Source of the DNA: an uncultured SAR86 cluster bacterium
GTDB lineage: Bacteria > Pseudomonadota > Gammaproteobacteria > Magnimaribacterales > Magnimaribacteraceae
DNA: 64,000 nucleotides
NCBI GenBank assembly: GCA_902630715.1
Contig: CACOVO010000002.1
Location: forward strand, 20,603-84,602
Direction of reading: 5' to 3'
The translations under genes were made by a program, and so were the position numbers. This document shows positions 11,092 through 20,914 of this stretch, piece after piece; within the stretch, counting starts at the first letter, position 1, and each line of letters opens with the position of its first letter. The notes beneath the pieces are model-generated. The model ran no database searches. It saw only the letters and a program-made list of their open reading frames with translations, and was not told where the DNA came from.

Positions 11092-11118
11092 AAAACAGAG
11101 AATAAGTATCTCTGTTTT
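11092..11118 (-). terminator. Hairpin between rpoZ and spoT (putative intrinsic terminator)
   Basis: Perfect 10-bp inverted repeat AAAACAGAGA-N7-TCTCTGTTTT, followed on the minus strand by a T-rich tract. Confidence 0.55.
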
Positions 11119-11146
11119 TAGGTTTTAATGCGAATTTTTTTGATTA

Positions 11147-11419
11147 TTAAGAATTTGGGAGATCTTCGGCTGACAATTCCTCTGAGAATTCTTGTTCAAG
11201 ATCGGCAATATCTACTCTCAGCTCGTTGATATTATCTGTAGTGACTGTTCCAGCTTCTATTTCTCTTAAAGCCATGACTGTTGGTTTATCGTCTTCCCAT
11301 TCTAAAGTAGGACGCCTTCCACCTGTGGCAAGTTGTCTAGCTCTTTTAGCAGCTAGTATGATTAACTCGTATCTTGTGGATACTTTTTCTAAAGCTTCTT
11401 CTACAGTAATTCGTGCCAT
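11147..11419 (-). CDS. rpoZ: RNA polymerase omega subunit
   Basis: MARITVE...[15 protein letters not shown]...[10 protein letters not shown]. Confidence 0.96.
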   Translation of the reverse strand: MARITVEEALEKVSTRYELIILAAKRARQLATGGRRPTLEWEDDKPTVMALREIEAGTVTTDNINELRVDIADLEQEFSEELSAEDLPNS

Positions 11420-11469
11420 TTTTTATCCGTATTGTTGCGAGGGGGAGCATTCTAAAGCAAAGTTGGAAT

Positions 11470-12084
11470 TCAATCCAGTAATTGCACCAATGTAGTTTTT
11501 GTTAATTCAGCTCTGGGTCCGGATAGCTTTATTTCATTAAGTAAAAAATTCTCAAGATCTTTGAGAGAGTCTTCAAAATTATCATTTAACACTACGTGGT
11601 CGAAGTCTTTTCCTATTTTCACTTCTTTTTTTGCTTCTTTGAGTCGTCTTGAAATCTCATCTTCGCCATCTTGTGCTCTTTCCTTCAACCTTTTAGCCAG
11701 CTCTTGGTAAGATGGAGGAATTATGAAAATAGTCTTGGCATCTGGAAATACTTTTTGCACTTGTAATGCGCCTTGTGTGTCAAGTTCTAGTAGAACATCA
11801 TTTCCTTTTGTGAGCATAGCATGGACCCAATCCTTAGGAGTGCCATAATAATTACCGAAAACTTCTGCATATTCTAAGAAAAGATCATCCCTTATTTTTT
11901 CTTCAAACTTTTGTTTAGATATAAAAAAATAAGAAACGCCGTTTTCTTCTTCAGCTCGTTGCTTTCTAGTTGTACATGAAATACCAAGTTTAGTATTTGA
12001 TGAACTAGGATTTTTTAGAACAGCTTTCACCAATGAAGTTTTTCCTGTTCCTGAGGGTGCTGATATTACAAATAATTTGCCCAT
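11470..12084 (-). CDS. gmk: Guanylate kinase
   Basis: SAPSGTGKTS, TTRKQR and FLEYAEVFGNYYGT motifs. Confidence 0.96.
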   Translation of the reverse strand: MGKLFVISAPSGTGKTSLVKAVLKNPSSSNTKLGISCTTRKQRAEEENGVSYFFISKQKFEEKIRDDLFLEYAEVFGNYYGTPKDWVHAMLTKGNDVLLELDTQGALQVQKVFPDAKTIFIIPPSYQELAKRLKERAQDGEDEISRRLKEAKKEVKIGKDFDHVVLNDNFEDSLKDLENFLLNEIKLSGPRAELTKTTLVQLLD

Positions 12085-12143
12085 GTTTAAAAAAAGTTTA
12101 TTGTAGGTTAAATATATTTAAAATATTTAGGTTTTTAAAATTA

Positions 12144-12773
12144 ATGCAAAATAAAGAAACCAGATTTTTCGAGTTAGCCCTTGAATCAAATGCTCTTCAA
12201 CTAGGAGATTTCACTCTCAAATCAGGAAGGAAGAGTCCTTATTTTTTCAATATAGGTTCATTTTTTAATGAGGGATATATAAAAGAATTAGCTGAGCTTT
12301 ATGCCGCGCACATACTTGAAAATGAGCTAGATTTTAATTTAATTTTTGGCCCGGCCTATAAAGGTATTCCATTAGCAGCCTCTGTAGCAGCTTCTCTCAG
12401 TTCAAAAGTTAATAGACCTATTCCATTTGCTTTTGATAGGAAGGAAGTTAAATCGCATGGTGAGGGAGGGAAAGTAGTAGGAAATTTGAAAGATAAAAAA
12501 GTTTTGATTGTCGATGATGTTTTGACTGCCGGAACCGCTATAAAACAATCTGTAGAAATAATTCACCAGGCTGAAGGTAAAGTTTCTTGTTGCTTAGTAG
12601 CCCTTGACAGGGAAGAGGTGATTGACGATATTCTAGCAAGAGATAAAATTTTAAGAGAAATCGAGGTAGATGTTTTTTCTATTGCTCAGATCTCTCGGCT
12701 CGTTGATTTTTTTGAATCAAACAATCAGCATAAAGAGGCTTCGATAATAAATAAATATATAAATAGTCAATAA
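12144..12773 (+). CDS. pyrE: Orotate phosphoribosyltransferase
   Basis: FTLKSGRKSPYFFN, FGPAYKGIP and VDDVLTAGTA; likely start ATG 12144. Confidence 0.95.
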   Translation: MQNKETRFFELALESNALQLGDFTLKSGRKSPYFFNIGSFFNEGYIKELAELYAAHILENELDFNLIFGPAYKGIPLAASVAASLSSKVNRPIPFAFDRKEVKSHGEGGKVVGNLKDKKVLIVDDVLTAGTAIKQSVEIIHQAEGKVSCCLVALDREEVIDDILARDKILREIEVDVFSIAQISRLVDFFESNNQHKEASIINKYINSQ

Positions 12774-13381
12774 TGTTTACCGGTATCGTCCAAGAAATAG
12801 GCGAAGTTTTAGACACTAATAATACTGAATCTGGACTTGCTCTGGATATAAGGACGACCGAAAAATTTTTGGAAAATCTTGAGATAGGTGCAAGTATAGC
12901 TATTAATGGAGTATGTTTAACCGTGGTTAAATTTTCAAAGGAAAGTGTTTCTTTTGATGTTATTCCTGAAACGCTCAGAGTTACAAATTTAAACTCTGTG
13001 ACAAAAGGCTCCAAGTTAAATTTAGAAAGATCATTAAAGTTTGGTGATGAAGTAGGAGGTCATATCTTATCTGGACATGTATCTTGTACTGCAAGTTCTA
13101 AGTTGATTAGAACTGATAATGAGGTTGAGCTTGTGATGCAGTGTTCAAAAGATTGGATTAATTATATTTTTCTTAAAGGCTATGTCGCTGTAAATGGCGC
13201 TAGTCTTACAGTTGCTAACAAGGACTCAGATACTTTTTCCGTATACCTTATTCCAGAGACGCTCGAAGCAACTAATCTTGCGGAGGTACAGGATGGCGAT
13301 CTATTAAATATCGAAGTTGACCAAACGACTTACGCCGCGGTGAAAGCTGCCGAAGCTCGTCTCGAAGAAATTAAAGAATAA
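12773..13381 (+). CDS. ribC: Riboflavin synthase
   Basis: N-terminal MFTGIV, SIAINGVCLTV, NLERSL and GGHILSGHV. Confidence 0.95.
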   Translation: MFTGIVQEIGEVLDTNNTESGLALDIRTTEKFLENLEIGASIAINGVCLTVVKFSKESVSFDVIPETLRVTNLNSVTKGSKLNLERSLKFGDEVGGHILSGHVSCTASSKLIRTDNEVELVMQCSKDWINYIFLKGYVAVNGASLTVANKDSDTFSVYLIPETLEATNLAEVQDGDLLNIEVDQTTYAAVKAAEARLEEIKE

Positions 13382-13396
13382 AAATGCAGATCCAAA

Positions 13397-13849
13397 TTAC
13401 TTTTGGAGTCTGTTTTTGACAATTTTGCTTACAAGTCCCATATCAGCATTGACACTTATTTTAGATTTTAGAGACCCCATAACCTTTCCTATATCTTGAG
13501 GTTCTTGTGCTCCAGTGGTTTGTATTGCTTCAATGACCAGTGCTTCAATCTCAGATTCGCTCATTTGTTCAGGTAAGAATTCCTCTAGGATGAGTATTTC
13601 TGCATCTTCTTTTGCTGCAAGTTCATTTCTTCCAGCGGCAGAGAATTGAGAACTCGACTCTTTGCGCTGTTTTATCATTCTTTGCAAGATTTTTATGGAA
13701 TCTTCAGCAGATAGTTCGGTTTGTTTATCTATTTCGTCCTTCTTAATTTCTGAAATGGCCATCCTGAGAGTTGAAGTTCTCTCTTTATTTCTTTCCCTCA
13801 TAGAAGACTTAACGGCTTCGTCCAATAGATGTCGAATATTATTTGCCAT
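13397..13849 (-). CDS. yqeY: GatB/YqeY domain protein
   Basis: KQRKESSSQFSAAGRNELA..E, FLPEQMS and DIGKVMG; follows rpsU. Confidence 0.92.
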   Translation of the reverse strand: MANNIRHLLDEAVKSSMRERNKERTSTLRMAISEIKKDEIDKQTELSAEDSIKILQRMIKQRKESSSQFSAAGRNELAAKEDAEILILEEFLPEQMSESEIEALVIEAIQTTGAQEPQDIGKVMGSLKSKISVNADMGLVSKIVKNRLQK

Positions 13850-13861
13850 TTGGCTTAAGAT

Positions 13862-14077
13862 TTAAAATCTAGGTGGTCTACCTAGTCTGTTCTTTCTTTG
13901 GTTTTTTTGTTCTCTTTTGACCGCAGCAGCTTTCTTACGCTTGAGAACTGAAGTTGGCTTCTCATAAAACTCTCTTTTACGTACTTCAGGTATGATACCT
14001 GCTTTTTCACAGGCTCTTTTGAACTTCCTGAGCCCTACGTCAAAAGATTCGTTTGGTCTTATTTTAATTGACGGCAT
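13862..14077 (-). CDS. rpsU: 30S ribosomal protein S21
   Basis: [27 protein letters not shown]...REFYEKPT; start ATG 14077. Confidence 0.96.
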   Translation of the reverse strand: MPSIKIRPNESFDVGLRKFKRACEKAGIIPEVRKREFYEKPTSVLKRKKAAAVKREQKNQRKNRLGRPPRF

Positions 14078-14093
14078 AAATATTCTCTTAAGA

Positions 14094-14129
14094 GGGCGCA
14101 ATTCTATAGAACCATTTTTGATTTGGAAA
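14094..14129 (-). promoter_or_regulatory. Putative sigma70 promoter of rpsU with GC-rich discriminator
   Basis: Minus strand reads TTTCCA-N17-TAGAAT-TGCGCCC. Confidence 0.5.
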
Positions 14130-14176
14130 GTGTTTCTTTTTTTTTATTTTCAACGAGAATGACTACTTATTTTGTT

Positions 14177-15187
14177 ATGAAAATACTCGGAATAGAGACA
14201 TCATGCGACGAAACAGGGGTAGCAATTTATGATTCGGTTTCCGAAGACATAATCTCCGAGCAGTTATATAGCCAAGCAGCCAAGCATGCTGAATATGGAG
14301 GTGTTGTTCCAGAATTAGCCTCTAGAGATCATCTTAAAAAGCTGATTCCTCTTATCCGATTGACTATAAAAGAATCAGGGCTTGAGTTGAATGATATTGA
14401 TGGAATAGCTTATACAAGTGGTCCAGGGCTAAGAGGTCCTTTGTTAATAGGAGCTTCGACAGCCGAATCTATTGCCATGGCATTGAAAAAACCATCTGTA
14501 GGGATACATCATATGGAAGCACACCTATTAATAAATCTACTTGAAAATCCTGCACCTTCGTTTCCATTTTTAACTTTATTAATTTCTGGAGGACACTGCT
14601 TGCTGATAAATGCAAAGTCCCTTGGTGAATACGAGATTGTTGGACAGACACTTGACGATGCTGTTGGCGAAGCATTTGATAAGGTCGCTAAAATTTTGGA
14701 ATTGGGTTATCCAGGCGGTCCTAAGATAGAGGCAATAGCAAAGCAAGGAGATCCAAATGCATTTGACTTTCCTAGGCCAATGACGGCAAAAAAAAATTGT
14801 GATTTTAGTTTTAGTGGTTTGAAAACTGCAGTTTTTTATGAATTCAAAAAGATAAAAACCATAGATGAATCTATTAAGGCTGATCTAGCTGCTTCTTTCC
14901 AAGCCGCTGTCGCAGATACGCTTGTGATGAAGACTAAGAGTGCAATGGAAAAAACTGGTTTGAAAGAACTGGTCATTGGAGGAGGAGTGGCTTCTAACAA
15001 GTATATAAGAGATAAATTAATTAGAGGCCTTGAAAGAAGTAAGATCTTTTTCCCGCCCGTACATAGATGCACTGACAATGGTGCTATGATTGCTTATGCG
15101 GGCAGTTTTTACCTAAAAGATGTCAATAGAGATCTAACATTAAACATTAAACCGAGATGGCCGCTATCAGACTTGAATGATGGATAA
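14177..15187 (+). CDS. tsaD: tRNA N6-adenosine threonylcarbamoyltransferase
   Basis: ILGIETSCDET, GGVVPELASRDH, HHMEAH, DDAVGEAFDK and CTDNGAMIA; start ATG 14177. Confidence 0.97.
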   Translation: MKILGIETSCDETGVAIYDSVSEDIISEQLYSQAAKHAEYGGVVPELASRDHLKKLIPLIRLTIKESGLELNDIDGIAYTSGPGLRGPLLIGASTAESIAMALKKPSVGIHHMEAHLLINLLENPAPSFPFLTLLISGGHCLLINAKSLGEYEIVGQTLDDAVGEAFDKVAKILELGYPGGPKIEAIAKQGDPNAFDFPRPMTAKKNCDFSFSGLKTAVFYEFKKIKTIDESIKADLAASFQAAVADTLVMKTKSAMEKTGLKELVIGGGVASNKYIRDKLIRGLERSKIFFPPVHRCTDNGAMIAYAGSFYLKDVNRDLTLNIKPRWPLSDLNDG

Positions 15188-15527
15188 AGTTTTTATAAAA
15201 GGATTGAAAGTAGAAGGAATTATTGGAATATTTCAATGGGAGAGAGAGGTAAGACAAGTAATTTCAGTAGATATTGAAATGGACTTTGACAATACTAGGG
15301 CAGGTAAATCAGACTCAATAGATGATGCTCTCAATTATAAACTTGTCGGTAAAAGAGTTACCTCGTTTATTAAAAATTCTAAATTTAAACTTGTTGAGGC
15401 TCTGGCTGAGAAAATTTCCTCTATTATTCTGAAAGAGTTTCCAGTTTCAAAAGTAAAAATTTCTTTAAGTAAGCCAGGTGCAATGAGAGGATCCGACTCC
15501 GTAGGAATAACAATTATAAGACCCTAA
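15177..15527 (+). CDS. folB: Dihydroneopterin aldolase
   Basis: IGIFQWERE, ALNY, LVEALAE and KPGA motifs; upstream of folK. Confidence 0.93.
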   Translation: MMDKVFIKGLKVEGIIGIFQWEREVRQVISVDIEMDFDNTRAGKSDSIDDALNYKLVGKRVTSFIKNSKFKLVEALAEKISSIILKEFPVSKVKISLSKPGAMRGSDSVGITIIRP

Positions 15528-15976
15528 TGGAGGAGGTATTCGTGAGTATAGGAAGCAATATAGATGCTTCTGAGAATATGGAAGCTGTTAAGGCTCACCT
15601 CAGCATTTTCGACGAAATAAGGTATTCAAGTATATATATAACTCCAGCAGAAGGATTCGAAGGTGAAGATTTTTTGAATTGTGTTTGTAATTTTAGAACT
15701 GCGAAAAGTCCTTACGACTTGAGAAAATTTTTAAAAGGAGTTGAAAGAGATATGGGAAGGACAAATTCACAAAAGGGGATGTCCAGCCGTGTTATTGATC
15801 TTGACCTAATCTTGTTTGGAGACTTGGTTGTGAATGATTCAGAATTGGAAATACCTAGTGCAGATATTGAAAAATATAAATTTGTCTTAGAGCCTTTGGC
15901 AGAAATTGCCCCAGATAAATTTCATCCGACTTTAAATAAGTCATTCAGACAATTGTTTGAGTCTATTTTTAGATGA
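15527..15976 (+). CDS. folK: 2-amino-4-hydroxy-6-hydroxymethyldihydropteridine diphosphokinase
   Basis: SIGSNI, FLN, RVIDLDLILF and FVLEPLAEIAP motifs. Confidence 0.93.
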   Translation: MEEVFVSIGSNIDASENMEAVKAHLSIFDEIRYSSIYITPAEGFEGEDFLNCVCNFRTAKSPYDLRKFLKGVERDMGRTNSQKGMSSRVIDLDLILFGDLVVNDSELEIPSADIEKYKFVLEPLAEIAPDKFHPTLNKSFRQLFESIFR

Positions 15977-16029
15977 GTCTGGGCACTCTCGTATGGCACC
16001 AGGCCCAGATTCACCCAAACTTAAGAACA

Positions 16030-16482
16030 TTAGATTTGGGAGAAATGAGTATGAGCTATTCCCCAATTACCGTTTTCTTTTACAAGAACCATAGTTCCGT
16101 TGTCCATAGATGGAGGTAGTACCTCGCCCTCGCTCGGGATTACATCAAATCTTCTTATAAAATGAGCAACGGCAACATTGCCATAAATCCTTACTTTAGG
16201 AGAAATTATTGTTTGCATTATTTTCCATCCCGAATCTCTTTTTAATGTTGCCTCTCTTCTTTCATTCTGGATCATTAAGTTATCTTTTTGGTCGGGCCAC
16301 ACATAAGAACCAGCAATCATTACTCTGTCATCACGTATAATTTCAGCTTGTGCATTTAGATCTCCTTCAAGAGATGCCCAAGTTTTAATTACTTCAATTA
16401 CCTCATCTTCCTCAGCACTGAAAAGCGAGATTGGACTTAGCAAACAAACCATCGTTAACAATGTTCCTTTCAGAATATTCAT
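16030..16482 (-). CDS. Secreted NTF2/SnoaL-like (DUF4440-type) protein
   Basis: Sec signal peptide; VRIYGNVAVA...TMVLVKENGNWGIAHTHFS C-terminus is typical of NTF2-like folds. Confidence 0.75.
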   Translation of the reverse strand: MNILKGTLLTMVCLLSPISLFSAEEDEVIEVIKTWASLEGDLNAQAEIIRDDRVMIAGSYVWPDQKDNLMIQNERREATLKRDSGWKIMQTIISPKVRIYGNVAVAHFIRRFDVIPSEGEVLPPSMDNGTMVLVKENGNWGIAHTHFSQI

Positions 16483-16525
16483 ATTTTTCTCCTTTCTAAT
16501 AAACTTACGAATTAATTAATTTCTT

Positions 16526-18106
16526 TTAAATATTTTCTCCAAGAGCTCTGGCTCTCTCGGAAACAGACTCCTCATCTCTCTTTAAATTTTTAGCCGCCAT
16601 GAATAAGGCAACAGAAGGTATTAATAAGATTAATAGAATCAATGCCATAGAAGTCTGCATCGCATCTCCGGGTGCATACCCTTGAAACTCATATAAATCA
16701 CTTATTCTTCCCAAAGTATATGGTCCAAGTGCAAGACCAATCATGCTTAAAGTTAATATAAAAAAAGCTCCTGCCATAGCTCGCATTCGAGGAAGAACTA
16801 AATTTGTCACAGTGGTTGCCGCACAACCGACATAAACAGAACTACCTATATGATAAATGAAGTTGAATAATAAAGAGACATTCCTAGATTCTGAATAAAT
16901 CATACCAAGACAGCCTAGGACGGTTATTAAAATTCCTCCTACAAAAATTACATATAATCTACCACCTACGTATTTTTCTCTGAGCTTGTCTCCGAAATAG
17001 CCGCCACCAATAACACCTATGAAAGATCCTAGAGCGGTTATTAAGCCAATAAGGGTTCCTATTTCCAATGCAGACATCCCATGGTAATTAATATAAAAAG
17101 ACGGAGTAAAAGCGGAGTAGGCGTATCCAACAAAAGGGATACAGGGAAATGAAATAAATGAGTAAAGAATCGCTTTGCTCCTAAACATCAGAGTAAAAGC
17201 AACGATATCTCTTTTACTTAAACTTTGTATCCAAGTGCAAACCAGATAGGTTCCTATACCCCATGCAATCCATTGAAGAAAATCTCCAGTTAACCTATAT
17301 AACGAAAAGCATAGTAAAAATATAATTACACCTACTATCAAATTGATACCTAAAGATTTCAAAGTATCTTTGTTACCTAAAAGTGATAATGGAGTTAATC
17401 CTATAAATTCTTTGAATGTTTCTTTAAATGGTTCACTGCTAGGCTCTGTTATGATTCCTTCACTCAAACCTCTAACTGGTTCCTTTATGAATAGAAAGGT
17501 GAATATCGATAATATTATTCCAGGTAAACCTACGCCCATAAAAGCAGCTTGCCAACCTTTGAGTTTAAAAGGTGCTTGAGTATGATCAGGGTATGCAGAG
17601 TTCCAGGTGTCTAGTATTGCACCTCCTAAAAAGAGACCTATACCCGCTCCTATGTAGAGGCCACTTGAGTATATAGAAAGTACAGTAGCTCTTACCTTTG
17701 GTGAGAAATAATCTGAGAGCAATGAGTATGCAGAGGGTGTGGCACTTGATTCGCCAATACCTACTCCAAATCTATAAATTGATAAGCTAAGAAAGGACTT
17801 TGCAGTTCCTGACAGAAAAGTCATAAAACTCCAAAATGCTAACCCTATGCTTATAAGATTTTTTCTATTCCATGAATCTGCGAGCTTACCCATAGGTATG
17901 CCCACCACAGAATAAAATACTCCAAAAGCTGTACCAAACAAAAAGCCTATATCGCTATTCGATATGCCAAGATCGGCCTTGATATCTTCTGCGAGAATAG
18001 AAAGAATTTGTCTGTCTATAAAGTTAAATATATAGACAAGCACGAGAAGGCTAAGCGCAATTTTTGCATGATAGCCTCCTACCTCAGATTTTTTATCCTC
18101 TGACAA
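16526..18106 (-). CDS. MFS transporter, spinster-like
   Basis: FNFIDRQILSIL, GKLADSWNRK and RFGVGIGES...SLLSDYFSP; extra hydrophobic central insertion. Confidence 0.85.
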   Translation of the reverse strand: MSEDKKSEVGGYHAKIALSLLVLVYIFNFIDRQILSILAEDIKADLGISNSDIGFLFGTAFGVFYSVVGIPMGKLADSWNRKNLISIGLAFWSFMTFLSGTAKSFLSLSIYRFGVGIGESSATPSAYSLLSDYFSPKVRATVLSIYSSGLYIGAGIGLFLGGAILDTWNSAYPDHTQAPFKLKGWQAAFMGVGLPGIILSIFTFLFIKEPVRGLSEGIITEPSSEPFKETFKEFIGLTPLSLLGNKDTLKSLGINLIVGVIIFLLCFSLYRLTGDFLQWIAWGIGTYLVCTWIQSLSKRDIVAFTLMFRSKAILYSFISFPCIPFVGYAYSAFTPSFYINYHGMSALEIGTLIGLITALGSFIGVIGGGYFGDKLREKYVGGRLYVIFVGGILITVLGCLGMIYSESRNVSLLFNFIYHIGSSVYVGCAATTVTNLVLPRMRAMAGAFFILTLSMIGLALGPYTLGRISDLYEFQGYAPGDAMQTSMALILLILLIPSVALFMAAKNLKRDEESVSERARALGENI

Positions 18107-18124
18107 AATATTTCTCTAAGACTT

Positions 18125-18544
18125 TTAAGTTTCTATTCTTGCAGTGGCATTGCCGGTAATAACGGCAACATCATTCTGATTAGTAGTTTCAATCATAAGA
18201 TCAACAACCTTGCCTCCATCTTCTTCCCGAATATCAACAATGGTTGCTTTACCTGTGAGAGTATCTCCAGGCCATACTTGATTGGTGAATCTTACCCCAT
18301 ATTTCTTAAGAGTGCCGTCACCAACATAGTTTGTAAGCATGGTACCCGTGAGTCCCATCGACAACATTCCATGGGCAAATACACTTGGGTATCCTGCTAT
18401 CTGAGTAGTAAAGATTTCATCAGTATGAAGAGGATTATAGTCGCCTGAAGCTCCTGCATATTGAACTATCTGTGTTCTTTTTAAGTCTTCGACCAAGACG
18501 GCTGTATGCACGTCTCCAACATTTATCTCATTTTCTTTTAGCAT
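18125..18544 (-). CDS. MaoC-type (R)-hydratase/dehydratase, catalytic subunit
   Basis: Hydratase-2 motif YAGASGDYNPLH and FAHGM. Confidence 0.88.
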   Translation of the reverse strand: MLKENEINVGDVHTAVLVEDLKRTQIVQYAGASGDYNPLHTDEIFTTQIAGYPSVFAHGMLSMGLTGTMLTNYVGDGTLKKYGVRFTNQVWPGDTLTGKATIVDIREEDGGKVVDLMIETTNQNDVAVITGNATARIET

Positions 18545-18555
18545 TTCTTACTCCC

Positions 18556-19062
18556 TTAGCTGTCTACCGCTCTTTCAGTTTGAACCCCAACTCCCGTTGC
18601 GGTTATAACAAGTTCTCCATTCTGATTTCTGTATTCTGTTACGCTTTCACTGAATTTTAATTTACCTGCTCTCTTACTTTCTTTTTCCCAAGAATTTCCT
18701 GGTTTAGTTGTCGCAGTTAAAACGTCTCCAGCCTTTACTGGCAAATGATACTCAAAGTGCTGCTCAGCATGTAGTCCCATAGCGGCGCCTCCGCCACCGC
18801 CACCACCTGACTCTTTAGATGGCTTCGCTCCCGTGGCTTCTTTACCAGACCCAAACCATCCTTCTCCACCAATCTTAGGTCTGAGGAAATAGTCTGGATC
18901 AAATTGAGCACTGGATTGTGCGAAAGTTGGCGGAGCGATTATCCCACCAAGTTCAGATTTATTGGCATATTCTTCGTCATGATAAATTGGATTTGCATCT
19001 CCTACAGATCTTGCAAACATCATGATATGACTTGCTTCTACTAAAAACTTTTCTATTGCCAT
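18556..19062 (-). CDS. MaoC_dehydrat_N (HadA-like) hot-dog protein
   Basis: FARSVGDANPIY, APPTF, LHAEQHFEYH and YRNQNGELV; lacks the catalytic His; contains a Gly7 linker. Confidence 0.82.
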   Translation of the reverse strand: MAIEKFLVEASHIMMFARSVGDANPIYHDEEYANKSELGGIIAPPTFAQSSAQFDPDYFLRPKIGGEGWFGSGKEATGAKPSKESGGGGGGGAAMGLHAEQHFEYHLPVKAGDVLTATTKPGNSWEKESKRAGKLKFSESVTEYRNQNGELVITATGVGVQTERAVDS

Positions 19063-19071
19063 ATTTTTCTC

Positions 19072-20136
19072 CTATAAAAATTTCTTTTCAACTAATTCCC
19101 AAGCTTTGTCTGAAAGATTTCTGACTCCACTTGCTCTCTCGGCCGCGTTTTCATGTGCAGCAGTTCCGTCCCTGACTCTACCCAAGATACCTTGCAGAAT
19201 GCCAGCCAACTTAAATAGATTGTATGCTGAATAAAGATCCCATTCGTCTGACAAATCTATATTAATTTTTTCAGAATACATCTTCACATAATCATCTATG
19301 ATGGGGATACCTTGGTTCTTGCAATACTCTTTATCAGCAAGTTTCGGATTCATCGTATATTGCAGACAGTGATAATTAAAATCTGCGCAAGGATCGCCTA
19401 ATGTTGATAATTCCCAATCTAAAATAGCTATTACGTTGGGATTATTTTTATCAATCATTACGTTTGTCAGACTATAATCTCCATGGACAATCCCAGTCTG
19501 TTTTTCTGATGGAAGGTTTTTAGGCAGCCAATCAATCAAATTATTCATCGATTCAATATTCTCCGTTTCCGAGTCAATGTATTGTTTTGACCATCTAGAA
19601 ACCTGCCTACCAACGTAGTTTCCAGGTTTTCCAAAATCTTCTAATCCAATGTCACTAGGATTTACTAAGTGAAGCTTGGCCATAGTTTCATTCATAGATT
19701 CATACACACCCTTTGCTTCTTCTTTGGGGCTATTTTCCATTGCTGGATCCCACAAGACCCTGCCATCCTTGAACTCCATTATGTAGAAGGAAGTACCAAT
19801 TACTTCATCGTCTTCGCAAAGGGCATAACTCACTGGAACAGGCACATCGGTTTTATTTAGCGCTGTAATAACTTTATATTCTCTGTCTACAGCATGCGCG
19901 GATTTAAGGAGTTTGCCTGGCGGTTTTCGTCTTAGTACATAAGATTTATTGGGTGTGATTACCTTATAAGTAGGATTTGACTGACCTCCCTTAAACTCTT
20001 CTACAGTTATGTCTCCATCAAAACCTGCAACATGCTCAAGCATGTATTCTTGAAGTCTCGAAACATCAAAAAGATGTCTCTCAAGGACATCCATAGTTCC
20101 TGTATTTTCATCAGGTTGGTGCAGCTCATTAGTCAT
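19072..20136 (-). CDS. APH-fold phosphotransferase (ACAD10/11 N-terminal or LvaA-like)
   Basis: GGQSNPTY, VLRRKP, AHAVDREY, HGDYSLTN and LDWELSTLGDP motifs. Confidence 0.88.
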   Translation of the reverse strand: MTNELHQPDENTGTMDVLERHLFDVSRLQEYMLEHVAGFDGDITVEEFKGGQSNPTYKVITPNKSYVLRRKPPGKLLKSAHAVDREYKVITALNKTDVPVPVSYALCEDDEVIGTSFYIMEFKDGRVLWDPAMENSPKEEAKGVYESMNETMAKLHLVNPSDIGLEDFGKPGNYVGRQVSRWSKQYIDSETENIESMNNLIDWLPKNLPSEKQTGIVHGDYSLTNVMIDKNNPNVIAILDWELSTLGDPCADFNYHCLQYTMNPKLADKEYCKNQGIPIIDDYVKMYSEKINIDLSDEWDLYSAYNLFKLAGILQGILGRVRDGTAAHENAAERASGVRNLSDKAWELVEKKFL

Positions 20137-20182
20137 TTTTTAATAATAAGATAGATGTAAAAATGATCAAGAAATAATTTAA

Positions 20183-20914
20183 TTAGATTATTGACCTTCC
20201 GCCATCTACTTTGATTACCTGTCCTGTAATATATTTCGCTCCTGAAAGAAATAGCGCTACTGAGGAAATATCTTTAGGATCTCCTATCCTTCCGAGCGGA
20301 ACTTTTTTTAATCTTTCTTTTTGCTGATCTTCGCTCAAATCCTCGTCCTCAGGCCAAAGAATAGCTCCAGGTGAAATAGCATTAACTCTAATCTCTGGCG
20401 CAAGCTCTTTTGCTAAAGACTTCGTAATTCCTTCGAGAGCAGATTTTGCACCCGAATAAAGACTGAAGTTTTTAATGCCGCTAGGAGCAAGTGTATCCGA
20501 GATATTTATTACGCAGCCCTTTCCTTTTTTTAAAAATGATAGAAGTGCTTGAGTAAGGAATAGAGGGGTCGACGCATTTGTTGCTATCAAGTCATTCCAC
20601 TCATCTAATGAAGCTTCTTCAAGTGGAGTAGGATAAAAGCTTGAAGCATTATTTATTAAGATATCTAAAGAGTCTGTGATTTTTGAAACACCATTAGTTA
20701 GCTTTGTAACAGAATCTTTATCATTAAAGTCAGCTTGTAGAATAAAACAAGAGTCTTTTCTGATAGCATTCAATTCGTTCATTATTGCTTTTGCTTCTGT
20801 TTCCGAGGAGTTGTAATGAAAGATTATGTTGAAACCTTCATCATGAAAGTGTTTGCAAGTAGTCTTACCTATTCTTTTGGCCCCACCCGTTAAAAAGATA
20901 AATTTTTTAGTCAT
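20183..20914 (-). CDS. folM: Pteridine reductase / dihydromonapterin reductase (SDR)
   Basis: [20 protein letters not shown] and RVNAISPG; lies near folBK. Confidence 0.8.
   Translation of the reverse strand: MTKKFIFLTGGAKRIGKTTCKHFHDEGFNIIFHYNSSETEAKAIMNELNAIRKDSCFILQADFNDKDSVTKLTNGVSKITDSLDILINNASSFYPTPLEEASLDEWNDLIATNASTPLFLTQALLSFLKKGKGCVINISDTLAPSGIKNFSLYSGAKSALEGITKSLAKELAPEIRVNAISPGAILWPEDEDLSEDQQKERLKKVPLGRIGDPKDISSVALFLSGAKYITGQVIKVDGGRSII

Noticed and set aside
15974-16024. UGA plus hairpin as a SECIS/read-through signal for folK
   Set aside because: FolK is already complete, the stem includes the UGA itself, and the short extension has no redox motif
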